From positions 1 through 59,108 of IMG/VR virus record IMGVR_UViG_3300039071_000013: a stretch of DNA of 59,108 nt, one strand, 5' to 3'. The notes under the pieces were generated by a model. That model ran no database searches, had not been told where the DNA came from, and worked only from the letters and a program-made list of their open reading frames with translations. Source of the DNA: a virus. Its lineage: Duplodnaviria; Caudoviricetes. Shown in pieces: positions 26,322 to 35,665 of this stretch; the stretch's first letter is position 1, and every line of letters starts with the position of its first letter. A program made the translations under genes and the position numbers.

Positions 26322-28409
26322 ATGGCAGGCTATATCCGTAACGACACAAGTAATAACATTGCTACTGGTAACATCATCAACTCCGCTGACTTGGACGGTG
26401 AATTTGATGCTCTCCAGAGTGCTTTTGTTGCTACCACAGGTCACAATCACGATGGGACTACTGGCAGTGGTGCACCCATCTCTACTATCGGACCTACTCA
26501 AGAAATAATTGTAACTACTACTGCCATCAGACCTTCTGCAGATAATACCCTTGACTTGGGAACTAGCCTTCTTGAGTTTAAGGACTTGTACATTGATGGC
26601 ACTGCAAACATTGATTCTCTCGTCGCTGATACTGCTGATATTAACGGCGGAACAATTGATAACGCTACCATTGCGACCTCTAATATTACCGTGGGTTCCG
26701 GCAAGACACTTGATGTCTCTGCAGGTACACTGACGCTGGCTAACGATCAAATTTCTGGTGACAAGGTTGAGGGCGGCACAATCGCAGCTACGACCATTAC
26801 CACCCTGACTTCTACAACTGTCAATGCTACAACTGTTGACACTACAAACCTTGAAGTCACCTCTCTCAAAGCCAAGGACGGAACCACTGCAGGTACGGTA
26901 GCGAACACCACTGGCGTTGTTACACTCACTTCTCTCGTTGCTACCACAGCAGACATTAACGGGGGTACAGTTGATGGCACTACAGTTGGTGCCTCTGTCC
27001 CTGCTGCGGGTACCTTCACTACGCTCTCTTCCACTGGTACAGCCACCCTGAATGCGATGAATACGGGTTCTGCTACCATCACTGGTGGTTCTATCTCTGG
27101 TATCACCGATTTGGCTGTGGCTGATGGTGGTACTGGGGCTTCAGATGCTGGAACCGCTAGAACCAATCTGGGCCTAGCTATTGGTACCAATGTGCAGGCT
27201 TATGATGCTGGGTTGCAGTCTATCTCTGGGCTTACCACTACAGCGGACAGAATGATTTACACCACGGCATCTGACGTGTATGCAGTGACGACCCTGACAG
27301 CCGCAGGTCGAGCCATTCTAGATGATGCTGATGCTGCCACACAAAGAAACACCCTTGGCCTTGGTAGCATTGCAACTCAGAGTGCATCCTCAGTGTCAAT
27401 TACCGGAGGTAGTATCTCGGGTATTTCAGACCTAGCTGTGACTGACGGTGGTACGGGTGCTTCGGATGCTAGTACTGCGCGTACCAACCTTGGTGTTGCT
27501 ATCGGCACTAACGTGCAGGCATGGGATGCAAATCTAGATCAGATCGCGGCTCTCGCTCCAACCGCTGACAACTTCATCGTAGGAAATGGCACACAGTGGG
27601 TTCTTGAGACCCCAGCCCAAGCATTGACAAGTCTTGGTGTGACCTCAACTGCTGCCGAGTTGAACATTCTTGACGGCGTGACTGCGACCACAGCCGAAAT
27701 CAACATCCTCGACGGCGTCACATCCACCACCGCAGAGCTTAACTTGGTTGATGGTTCTGCGGCTGGCACGATTGTCAACAGCAAGGCCGTGGTCTACGGG
27801 GCTGCTGGGCAGGTCAACGCCACGACGCTTCAGATCGCCGGGACCAGCATCACCGCAACGGCTGCCGAATTGAACTTTGTGGATGGCGTCACCTCTGCAA
27901 TCCAGACGCAGCTTAACGGAAAGGCGGCACTGGCATCTCCGACTTTCACGGGAACCCCAGCCGCGCCGACAGCAACGGCAGGCACGAACACGACGCAGCT
28001 TGCGACGACGGCATTTGTGCAGACAGCACTGGGCGGCGTGGAGTCTGTCACTCACCTCGGAACGATTACGACAACAAGCGGCACGACGGTCACTCTGTCA
28101 GGACTGACGCTGACTTCATATAAGTTTTTGGTTTTTGCTTATGCTGGGGTTTCTTTTGGCTCGGCAGTATATCTTCGGCTTAACAACCAAAGGGTGTCCC
28201 CGACAATGTCCGGCGGTTCCAGCACTCTTACGGGTGGTGGGCAAATTGACTTGAGCAACGGAGCGTTTTGGGCTGGGGGCTATGAAAGTGGCGGTAACAC
28301 ACAAGGTGGCTTTGGCGGACCCTCCGGGCTAACGACCGCAAGCACTAGCATAAGTTTTACTGGCGGCACCTTCGACGCAGGCTCCATCCGCATCTACGGG
28401 GTGAAATAA
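26322..28409 (+). CDS. Tail fibre protein
   Basis: GHNHDG N-terminus, GGTGAS..ARTNLG repeats, AELNILDGV repeats, ASPTFTGTP.APT. Confidence 0.85.
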   Translation: MAGYIRNDTSNNIATGNIINSADLDGEFDALQSAFVATTGHNHDGTTGSGAPISTIGPTQEIIVTTTAIRPSADNTLDLGTSLLEFKDLYIDGTANIDSLVADTADINGGTIDNATIATSNITVGSGKTLDVSAGTLTLANDQISGDKVEGGTIAATTITTLTSTTVNATTVDTTNLEVTSLKAKDGTTAGTVANTTGVVTLTSLVATTADINGGTVDGTTVGASVPAAGTFTTLSSTGTATLNAMNTGSATITGGSISGITDLAVADGGTGASDAGTARTNLGLAIGTNVQAYDAGLQSISGLTTTADRMIYTTASDVYAVTTLTAAGRAILDDADAATQRNTLGLGSIATQSASSVSITGGSISGISDLAVTDGGTGASDASTARTNLGVAIGTNVQAWDANLDQIAALAPTADNFIVGNGTQWVLETPAQALTSLGVTSTAAELNILDGVTATTAEINILDGVTSTTAELNLVDGSAAGTIVNSKAVVYGAAGQVNATTLQIAGTSITATAAELNFVDGVTSAIQTQLNGKAALASPTFTGTPAAPTATAGTNTTQLATTAFVQTALGGVESVTHLGTITTTSGTTVTLSGLTLTSYKFLVFAYAGVSFGSAVYLRLNNQRVSPTMSGGSSTLTGGGQIDLSNGAFWAGGYESGGNTQGGFGGPSGLTTASTSISFTGGTFDAGSIRIYGVK

Positions 28410-28410
28410 C

Positions 28411-28659
28411 ATGGACTATTTCGAGGTCATCACAGACGCAAACACGGGCGAACAGACGATCCGCCCTTACACCGCCGAGGAAATCGCTGCGGCTACAGCA
28501 CCACCCTCAAAGGAGGAGCAAGAAGCTAAGCGCAAGGCGGCATATACCGCAGAGGCTGACCCACTGTTCTTCATGAGCCAGCGCGGCGAGGTTACTGTAG
28601 AAGAATGGCAGGCCAAGGTCGCTGAGATTAAGGCCCGCTACCCGTATCCTGCGGAGTAA
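28411..28659 (+). CDS. Tail fibre assembly chaperone-like protein
   Basis: AYTAEADPLF...WQAKVAEIKARYP; follows the fibre gene. Confidence 0.65.
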   Translation: MDYFEVITDANTGEQTIRPYTAEEIAAATAPPSKEEQEAKRKAAYTAEADPLFFMSQRGEVTVEEWQAKVAEIKARYPYPAE

Positions 28660-28662
28660 ACC

Positions 28663-28887
28663 ATGGAAGTCTTAGACACCATCATGCAGTGGATTGTAGC
28701 TCCTGTTGCTGGTTTTGTATTCTTGATCTATAGAACTCAACAGGATCATGCTACAAAGCTGGCAGTGCTTTCTGCTGTACATGATGCTAACAAAGAGGCT
28801 TACGACAGGGAGTTCAAAGAGATGCGAGAAAACTTCAAGAACGTAATGTCTAAGTTAGATAATATCGAACAGGCACTACGGAAATGA
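28663..28887 (+). CDS. Small membrane/coiled-coil protein
   Basis: N-terminal hydrophobic segment. Confidence 0.7.
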   Translation: MEVLDTIMQWIVAPVAGFVFLIYRTQQDHATKLAVLSAVHDANKEAYDREFKEMRENFKNVMSKLDNIEQALRK

Positions 28888-29027
28888 AACTCCCTCTGGT
28901 TTGGATAGGCTACACGCACATCTGGATCAACGACACCAACACATTTGTCAAGGTTTGCAGATACACTATGGATGTGGCCTTGGCGATACACCCGCAATCT
29001 CTCTGCCCACCCTTCTGGAGCTTTTAG
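28884..29027 (+). CDS. Small hypothetical protein (47 aa)
   Basis: Read manually (MKLPLVWIGY...); fills the gap. Confidence 0.5.
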   Translation: MKLPLVWIGYTHIWINDTNTFVKVCRYTMDVALAIHPQSLCPPFWSF

Positions 29028-29519
29028 ATGTTTGACCCAGTTTCGATTAGTATGGCTATCAGTGTTGGGGGTAAAGCCTTTAGCTTGCTGAAACAAGGCA
29101 TTGCGGCTGGTCGTGAAATCCAAGACATGGCATCTCAACTCTCAGAGTGGGGAAAAGCTGTTTCAGACATTGCCTATGCTGCTGAGAAAGCAAATGAACC
29201 TCCGGGTGTATTCAAGACGCTGTTTGGTGGTGGGCCTCAGAAGAGTGCTATTGATATCTTTGCCGCTCAGAAGCAGTGCGAACAGCAGCGGAAAGAGTTG
29301 CGCCAGCTTATCAGCTACACGTATGGCAATGACGCTTGGTTAGAGTTTCAGGCAATTGAGCGTAGAGTAAGAGAACAACAGAGAGAGCAAGTGTACCGCC
29401 GCCGCGAGATCATTGAGTCTATCACAGAGTTTTTACTCTGGACAGGTGTCATCTTAGTGACAGTGGCTGTGTGCGGTGTTGGCCTGTATCTGTGGGGCCG
29501 CTACTTAGGGAGATGGTGA
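29028..29519 (+). CDS. Membrane-anchored hypothetical protein
   Basis: MFDPVSI N-terminus; C-terminal transmembrane segment. Confidence 0.75.
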   Translation: MFDPVSISMAISVGGKAFSLLKQGIAAGREIQDMASQLSEWGKAVSDIAYAAEKANEPPGVFKTLFGGGPQKSAIDIFAAQKQCEQQRKELRQLISYTYGNDAWLEFQAIERRVREQQREQVYRRREIIESITEFLLWTGVILVTVAVCGVGLYLWGRYLGRW

Positions 29520-29710
29520 TGGTACTAGAACATTGGGTGTGGCCTTTTTTTGCTTTGGCTATCGGATTAGTGTTTTACTTTAGTGGGGATGGATTTTACC
29601 GCTACCCCTGTCAAGACCCAGAGAATTGGGCAGCACTAGAATGCAATCCACCTGTTTGCCTACGTACAAAGAACTGCGCTACTGATTTGACTGGAGGGGC
29701 TGCGCCATGA
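29519..29710 (+). CDS. Small secreted Cys-rich protein
   Basis: Hydrophobic segment then YRYPCQDPENW...CNPPVC. Confidence 0.65.
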   Translation: MVLEHWVWPFFALAIGLVFYFSGDGFYRYPCQDPENWAALECNPPVCLRTKNCATDLTGGAAP

Positions 29711-29982
29711 GTAAAACTGATCCAGATTTTCTGGAAGCCAAACTGCGTTACTTTATTGGGGTATCTTTGACCCTGATTCTGGGTGGAAGCATCTTTATCA
29801 TCTTGTACAGCTTGGTTTTTGTTACCCAACCTTTGGGCGAAAGCTCTGAAAATGACCGTGCACTGTTTTCCATCCTTACCCCCATTGCCAGCTTCATTAC
29901 TGGTGCTCTGGGTGGTGTGATGGCTGCAGGCAATAACCGTAAAAAGAACGAAGAAGCATCGCCGCAGGGGCCACAAGAATGA
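29707..29982 (+). CDS. Two-TM membrane protein
   Basis: Two hydrophobic segments; in the lysis cluster. Confidence 0.7.
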   Translation: MSKTDPDFLEAKLRYFIGVSLTLILGGSIFIILYSLVFVTQPLGESSENDRALFSILTPIASFITGALGGVMAAGNNRKKNEEASPQGPQE

Positions 29983-30009
29983 TCGGACACAAGTCGGGAG
30001 ATAACAAAG

Positions 30010-30405
30010 ATGCTAAATAATCTGATCGGTCCTGTCACTGGGCTTCTCGACAAGTTTATTGAGGACAAAGATCAAAAAGCCAAATTGGCCTACGAACTCT
30101 CCACGATGGCTGAACGACACGCGCAAGAACTGGCCGTCGCGCAGATCGACGTAAACAAAGCAGAGGCTGCATCTGGCTCCCTTTTCAAAGGTGGATGGCG
30201 CCCCTTTATTGGTTGGGTCTGTGGGGGTGCGTTTGCCTACCACTTCGTCCTCCAGCCGGTCATTGTTTTTAGCGTTTTGACTGCTGGGATGGAACTGCCG
30301 CCTTTGCCTGAGTTTGACATGGCATCGCTGATGACCGTAATGATGGGTATGCTTGGCCTTGGTGGGCTTCGGACATACGAAAAGCAAAAAGGAATTACCA
30401 AATGA
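30010..30405 (+). CDS. Holin (GTA-type 3TM family)
   Basis: GGWRPFIGWVCG and GMLGLGGLRTYEK motifs. Confidence 0.8.
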   Translation: MLNNLIGPVTGLLDKFIEDKDQKAKLAYELSTMAERHAQELAVAQIDVNKAEAASGSLFKGGWRPFIGWVCGGAFAYHFVLQPVIVFSVLTAGMELPPLPEFDMASLMTVMMGMLGLGGLRTYEKQKGITK

Positions 30406-30662
30406 GACTTATCAAAGCCCAACTGAGCGCGATGATCGGACGCATCGTAGGAATGTTCATGGGGCGCAATCTCAAAGAGAAAGCCGTAGACGCTGTGCTG
30501 GACAAGGTGAACTTGCCTGATCCGGTAGAGAATGCAATCAAGGCTGCTGTCACTGGTAACCCGACAGACTTGCTTGGTGACATGGGCAAAGACATGACTA
30601 AGGAAGCTGTGTTGGGTGCAATCACAAAGAAGGCACCAGCTAAGAGAGCAAAAAGTAAATGA
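30402..30662 (+). CDS. Hypothetical protein
   Basis: ORF between holin and endolysin. Confidence 0.6.
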   Translation: MRLIKAQLSAMIGRIVGMFMGRNLKEKAVDAVLDKVNLPDPVENAIKAAVTGNPTDLLGDMGKDMTKEAVLGAITKKAPAKRAKSK

Positions 30663-31519
30663 GCCTACTGACAGAGGCCCAACTGGCCGCAATGATCCCC
30701 ACCAACAAAGAAGTTGCAGAGTGGTGTGCTGCCCTGAACGAGATGTTGCCTAAGTACAACATTACGACCGACAAACGTATTGCAGGTTTCATTTCTCAGT
30801 GTGCTCACGAGAGCATGGACTTCCGGGTACTGCAAGAGAACCTGAACTACAAAGAAGCAACCTTGCTCAGAGTGTTTCCTAGATACTTTGGTCCCGGCAA
30901 AGAGAATGCTGCTGAGTATGCAGGTAAGCCTGAGAAAATTGCCAACTATGTTTACATGGATAAGAACCGCTCCAAGGCTGGTGCTTTAGGCAATGTGAAG
31001 GATGGTGACGGGTGGTTATTTTCTGGAAAAGGTCTGAAACAAGTTACTGGCCGTTCAAATACAACTGCCTTTGGTAAGACTGTTGGCATGACTGCTGAAG
31101 AGGCTGCTGCTTACCTGTTGACCAAGAAGGGTGCTCTGGAGAGTGCTCTGTGGTTCTGGAACAGCCGTAACCTGAATGAGGTTGCTGACACTGGCGACGT
31201 GACAAGACTGACCAAAATCATTAATGGTGGTGACATTGGTTTGGCTGATCGTCAGACTCGTTACGCTAAGGCAATGGCTGCTCTTGGAGGTAAGATTGAA
31301 GCCTCTATCAATTCTCAGATTACTGATGCAGTGACTCAAATTCTGCGTCGTGGTTCGAAGGGTGATGTGGTCAAGAAGATGCAGGCCAAGCTTGGTCTCA
31401 CTGCTGACGGTGATTTTGGTCCGGGAACTGAAGCTGCTCTGAAGAAGTGGCAGACTGCAAACGGACTGACCGCTGATGGTGTGGCTGGACCTAAGACTCT
31501 GACTAAGTTGCTTGGATAA
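30659..31519 (+). CDS. Endolysin: GH19-like catalytic domain plus peptidoglycan-binding domain
   Basis: QCAHES, ENLNY, GLKQVTG, INGG..GLADR; C-terminal DGDFGPGT...DGVAGPKT. Confidence 0.9.
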   Translation: MSLLTEAQLAAMIPTNKEVAEWCAALNEMLPKYNITTDKRIAGFISQCAHESMDFRVLQENLNYKEATLLRVFPRYFGPGKENAAEYAGKPEKIANYVYMDKNRSKAGALGNVKDGDGWLFSGKGLKQVTGRSNTTAFGKTVGMTAEEAAAYLLTKKGALESALWFWNSRNLNEVADTGDVTRLTKIINGGDIGLADRQTRYAKAMAALGGKIEASINSQITDAVTQILRRGSKGDVVKKMQAKLGLTADGDFGPGTEAALKKWQTANGLTADGVAGPKTLTKLLG

Positions 31520-31526
31520 ATAGTAC

Positions 31527-31555
31527 TTGCAAAACTGCAAAGCTTGTAATAATAT
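31527..31555 (+). promoter_or_regulatory. Putative promoter for internal virion genes
   Basis: TTGCAA-N17-TAATAT. Confidence 0.5.
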
Positions 31556-31579
31556 AGACGAATAAATTGGAGAGCCTCT

Positions 31580-33400
31580 GTGGATTTCGATACTAATCAA
31601 AAATATAGCCTACTCTCTAAGATGGGTTACACTGGTCCCGCAGAAGGTCCAGCCATGGAGGCTTTCATTCAATCTAGTCCGGGTGTAGCTGCTCGTATGG
31701 GTAAGTTCTCTCGTGCTTTGCAGAAACGTACTAGTGTGAATACTGCTGGTATGGCTGCAGGTGGTACCACTAAAAACCCCGGAACACAACTTGCAGAAGC
31801 AGCTATCCAAAACCCAGCCAGTCTAATTGAAGAGGCAGAAGTAGCTAAGGTCACTGAGACTCCCGGAACCACTATTGCTGCTGGTACAGGACAAGTGACT
31901 ACACCCACTGTTGCTACCACTGCTGTTACTGCTGATACCACTACTGCTGCTGCACCTAAAGCTACTGCTCCTGCTACCATGACTGCAGACACTGTTGCGG
32001 ATGATGTCTCTAAGGCTGTCAAGGGTGTTAAAGGAGAACAGGGTACAGTCTCTAAGGGTGCTCAAGTAACAGCGGCACAACAGACTACAAGCTCTATCTC
32101 TGGCATGGAAGCTGCTCAGGGTGAAGCCTTCCTCATGACTAACCCTGTTCAGAGGGAGATTGAGGCTGGTGAGCTAGTCTCTGGTAGTGCCGTTGATGCT
32201 GCCAAAGTCAATAAGCTGATGAACAACGTCAAGGCAGCTACAGCCACACCCTCAGAAAAGGCTACAGTTCAGGGCCAGCTTGAAGGTCTGATGACTCAGT
32301 TCGAGGGTGGTAATACACCTGCTTGGGCTGCTGGTGCTATGCGCAATGCTCAGGCCATGCTATCCCAGAGAGGTCTTGGTGCATCCTCACTTGCTGGTCA
32401 GGCAGTTATTCAGGCTGCTATGGAATCTGCACTCCCTATTGCTCAGGCTGATGCCTCTACCTTTGCTCAGTTTGAAGCACAGAACCTCTCCAACAGACAA
32501 CAGACTGCTCTCTTTGCCGCCCAGCAACGTGCTGCTTTCTTGCAGATGGACTTCGATCAGGCTTTCCAGACAAGAGTTCTAAACGCAGCTAAGATTTCTG
32601 ACATCGCTAACATGAACTTTACTGCAGAACAGAACATTGCTCTGGAGAATAGCCGTGCAGTGAACACAATGAACCTTGCCAACCTTGATGCTCGTCAGGG
32701 TATGGTTATGGCTCAGGCTGCTGCACTTGCAAACCTTGATATTGCAAACTTGAGCAACCGTCAACAGGCTGCAGTGCAGAACGCTCAGGCTTTCTTGCAG
32801 ATGGACATGGCTAACTTGGACAACAGACAGCAGGCGACAATGTTCCGTGCTCAGTCTAATGTTCAGGCTCTCTTTACAGATCAGGCTGCTATCAATGCTG
32901 CCCGTCAGTTCAATGCTGCCAGTAAGAACCAGACTGACCAGTTCTTCGCTGACCTTGGTTCTCGTGTGTCTATGTTCAACTCAGAGCAGAAGAATGCCAT
33001 GTCTCAGTTCAATGCTGGGGAGAAGAATGCCACCTCTCGTTTTAACGCTCAGCTTGAAGCCTCAAGAAAACAGTTCAATTCTGCAAATGCCCTTGTGATT
33101 GCACAGGCCAATGCTCAGTGGAGACAAAACATCACTCTCACTAACACTGCTGCACAGAACGAAGCCAATGCAGAAAAAGCAAAGAGTATGAATGCTCTTA
33201 CCGCAAAGGCTATGGATGAGATTTGGATGCGGGAGAGAGATGTTCTGGCATACGCCTTTACTGCACTAGAGTCTGACGAGGATCGTGCACTCGAACTCTT
33301 ACTTCAGGATAAAAAGATTGACATGGAAAAATGGAACGCTCGTCAGGCAGAGAAGACTGCAAGAGGCAATGCTATTCGCAAACTTCTTCTGGGTTGGTAA
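31580..33400 (+). CDS. Internal virion/ejection protein
   Basis: A/Q/N-rich helical repeats (NLSNRQQ, QFNA); GTG start with GGAG. Confidence 0.7.
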   Translation: MDFDTNQKYSLLSKMGYTGPAEGPAMEAFIQSSPGVAARMGKFSRALQKRTSVNTAGMAAGGTTKNPGTQLAEAAIQNPASLIEEAEVAKVTETPGTTIAAGTGQVTTPTVATTAVTADTTTAAAPKATAPATMTADTVADDVSKAVKGVKGEQGTVSKGAQVTAAQQTTSSISGMEAAQGEAFLMTNPVQREIEAGELVSGSAVDAAKVNKLMNNVKAATATPSEKATVQGQLEGLMTQFEGGNTPAWAAGAMRNAQAMLSQRGLGASSLAGQAVIQAAMESALPIAQADASTFAQFEAQNLSNRQQTALFAAQQRAAFLQMDFDQAFQTRVLNAAKISDIANMNFTAEQNIALENSRAVNTMNLANLDARQGMVMAQAAALANLDIANLSNRQQAAVQNAQAFLQMDMANLDNRQQATMFRAQSNVQALFTDQAAINAARQFNAASKNQTDQFFADLGSRVSMFNSEQKNAMSQFNAGEKNATSRFNAQLEASRKQFNSANALVIAQANAQWRQNITLTNTAAQNEANAEKAKSMNALTAKAMDEIWMRERDVLAYAFTALESDEDRALELLLQDKKIDMEKWNARQAEKTARGNAIRKLLLGW

Positions 33401-33403
33401 AAA

Positions 33404-34138
33404 ATGAAATACGCTAGAAATTACTTGAATGCTTCGACTCTCGCAGATCGTATCAAGGCATCTGTAGCTCAGGGCAGTACAGCCAAGGCTGCTGGTGGTC
33501 TTGCTGCAAGACAAGAAAGACGTGCGGAACGGGAGCAGGGTGACTTGGATTTTGAAGCCATTCGAGCAAAATACATGAACGACATCAGGAGTATGTTTGA
33601 AGAGTCCGCACCGCCACAGGAAGAGAGGGCCTCAGAGATTGAGAATTACCTTGCTTTTAAAGATGGCTCCCCTATGCCCAAGAGGAACCCTGAGTACTGG
33701 AAGACTGAACCACTCCTTGCCCCCATCACTGCTGCTGAGACTGACGAGAACGTGAGGGCCATCCTTGAGACTATTAAGGAGAAAGAGTCGAGCGGTAATT
33801 ACACTGTTCAGAACCAAACTCCGGGACAGACTGCTTCTGGGGCATACGGGTACACGAATGGTACTTGGCGCATGATGACTGAAAAGTATGGCATTGGCAC
33901 TGAGTACAAGTCTGCAAAGGAGGCACCACCTGAAGTTCAGGACATGATTGCCGCAAACAATGTCAGAGAAATCTTGCTCGAAAACGACAATGACATTACT
34001 AAAGTCCCCCTTGTGTGGTATACTGGAAATCCTCGGGGTGAGATCAGCCAGAAAGCACTAGATGTCAATAAAGGTCTTACTCCCGCAGAGTACCAGAATG
34101 ACTGGATGAGAAGATTTAATAAGATGCTTGGAGGTTGA
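33404..34138 (+). CDS. Virion lytic transglycosylase-like protein
   Basis: KESSGNY...TASGAYGY...TW...APPEVQD. Confidence 0.7.
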   Translation: MKYARNYLNASTLADRIKASVAQGSTAKAAGGLAARQERRAEREQGDLDFEAIRAKYMNDIRSMFEESAPPQEERASEIENYLAFKDGSPMPKRNPEYWKTEPLLAPITAAETDENVRAILETIKEKESSGNYTVQNQTPGQTASGAYGYTNGTWRMMTEKYGIGTEYKSAKEAPPEVQDMIAANNVREILLENDNDITKVPLVWYTGNPRGEISQKALDVNKGLTPAEYQNDWMRRFNKMLGG

Positions 34139-34139
34139 C

Positions 34140-34658
34140 ATGCAAGAACTCAACGGACCCATTCCCGGTCAATCACTGACCACAGAGCCTAAAAACTTTC
34201 CTTGGGAAAGACCTCCAGAGATTGTTGACCCCGAAGAAGCAATCCAGATGCACATTGTCCGTCTGTCTGACCCAGAGATGCTTGGGGATGTTTTGGACAT
34301 TCTTGAATTTGAAGAAATAGACATTCAGACGCTCGTTGTTGGGATGATGCGTGGCGCTGTGGCAAACGGTATTCACAGCATTGACGTTGGCATGATGGTT
34401 GCCCCTGTTGTCCACGAGTTCATCAAACAGGCTGCTAAGGCTGCTGGCATTGATGCTGAGGATGGCTTTGAAGACAAAGAAGCCAAGAAGGAAAAAGAAC
34501 AGTACAGGATTAATTCCCGTGCCAGAAAGATGTTGAAAGAGATGGGTGCTAAGCCTAAAGAAGTTGTAAAAGAGATTGAAATGGAAGAGTCCTCTGAAGA
34601 AGAGGAAGAAGGTATTTCTGTGGCACCTAGAGGTCTCATGGCTCGGGGGGATATGTAA
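34140..34658 (+). CDS. Conserved hypothetical virion protein
   Basis: PIPGQSLT.EP...PWERPP; GGAGG RBS. Confidence 0.75.
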   Translation: MQELNGPIPGQSLTTEPKNFPWERPPEIVDPEEAIQMHIVRLSDPEMLGDVLDILEFEEIDIQTLVVGMMRGAVANGIHSIDVGMMVAPVVHEFIKQAAKAAGIDAEDGFEDKEAKKEKEQYRINSRARKMLKEMGAKPKEVVKEIEMEESSEEEEEGISVAPRGLMARGDM

Positions 34659-35665
34659 TGGGTTTCTGGCAAGGATTGGATGCAGGACTGACTGCACATC
34701 TTGAAGAGAAAGCTCGTCAAAAAGAACGGCAGCAAGAAATTGATCTGCGTATTGCTGAGCGCGATGAGGAACGAAGCTGGAGGGAAAAGCAAGAGACTGC
34801 GAATTTTATCCGTCAACAAGGTCTTGCTGCTATCCCTCTGCTTGTTGAAAGGAAAGAGCAGGAGAAGACTATTGCTGCCCAAAGAGCACAGCTTGGGGGA
34901 TTCTTTAAGAATCGCCTCACAGATTTGCCGGAAGAAACTCGTGATGCGTTTTCTAACTTGGCCCTGCAAGCCCCTAGCTACTCTGAGGCGCTGATTAGCG
35001 AAGTAAAAAAAGTAGAGACGGAGGTTGGTCGTCAGATTACAGGCTCTGAAATCCTAAAGATGACTAGCCTTATTGAGACTACAAAGCCAGAGGGAATGTC
35101 CCTTGAAGAGTGGACAAAGCAAGCCGCAAGCATGACCGTGACCTCAGGCTCAAGCATTGATTTTGACGAGACGCTTGCAAACCTTCTGTCGGGAGATTTG
35201 GGAGTTCAAGACCTTCAAGAAATACAGGTAGGTCTTATGACGCCATTGGGGGGCGATTTGAGTGTTATTCCAGACTTTGACACTTCTGCCGTAATAGGCG
35301 CTGACCCTCAAGTATCAATCCAACTGAGAAATCTTGCAGTAACAACTATGCAGGATCAGTTTCAAGCTGACCGTGCTGCTACCGACCAACAGTACAAAAT
35401 TGCAACTGAGGGTGGTAGTATGCCAGATGAAGCTCTGGAGGCTAAGAACATGGAGTTGGGACGTATTGCGGCACTTGAGGGTGAGGAGAAAGAGGCTGCA
35501 CTCTTTAACTACTACGCACCTACCATACTGCCGCAACTAGCAGTCACGTACCCTAGAGTTAGGGCGGTCTTCCCTCAGTATTTCCCGTCTACCAATCAAG
35601 CAGAGGCTCAACCAACCATCAGCTATGACTGGGTCGATGGTAAGCTTGTAGCGGTGACGCAATGA
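34658..35665 (+). CDS. Probable internal virion protein
   Basis: MGFWQGL N-terminus; position. Confidence 0.65.
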   Translation: MGFWQGLDAGLTAHLEEKARQKERQQEIDLRIAERDEERSWREKQETANFIRQQGLAAIPLLVERKEQEKTIAAQRAQLGGFFKNRLTDLPEETRDAFSNLALQAPSYSEALISEVKKVETEVGRQITGSEILKMTSLIETTKPEGMSLEEWTKQAASMTVTSGSSIDFDETLANLLSGDLGVQDLQEIQVGLMTPLGGDLSVIPDFDTSAVIGADPQVSIQLRNLAVTTMQDQFQADRAATDQQYKIATEGGSMPDEALEAKNMELGRIAALEGEEKEAALFNYYAPTILPQLAVTYPRVRAVFPQYFPSTNQAEAQPTISYDWVDGKLVAVTQ

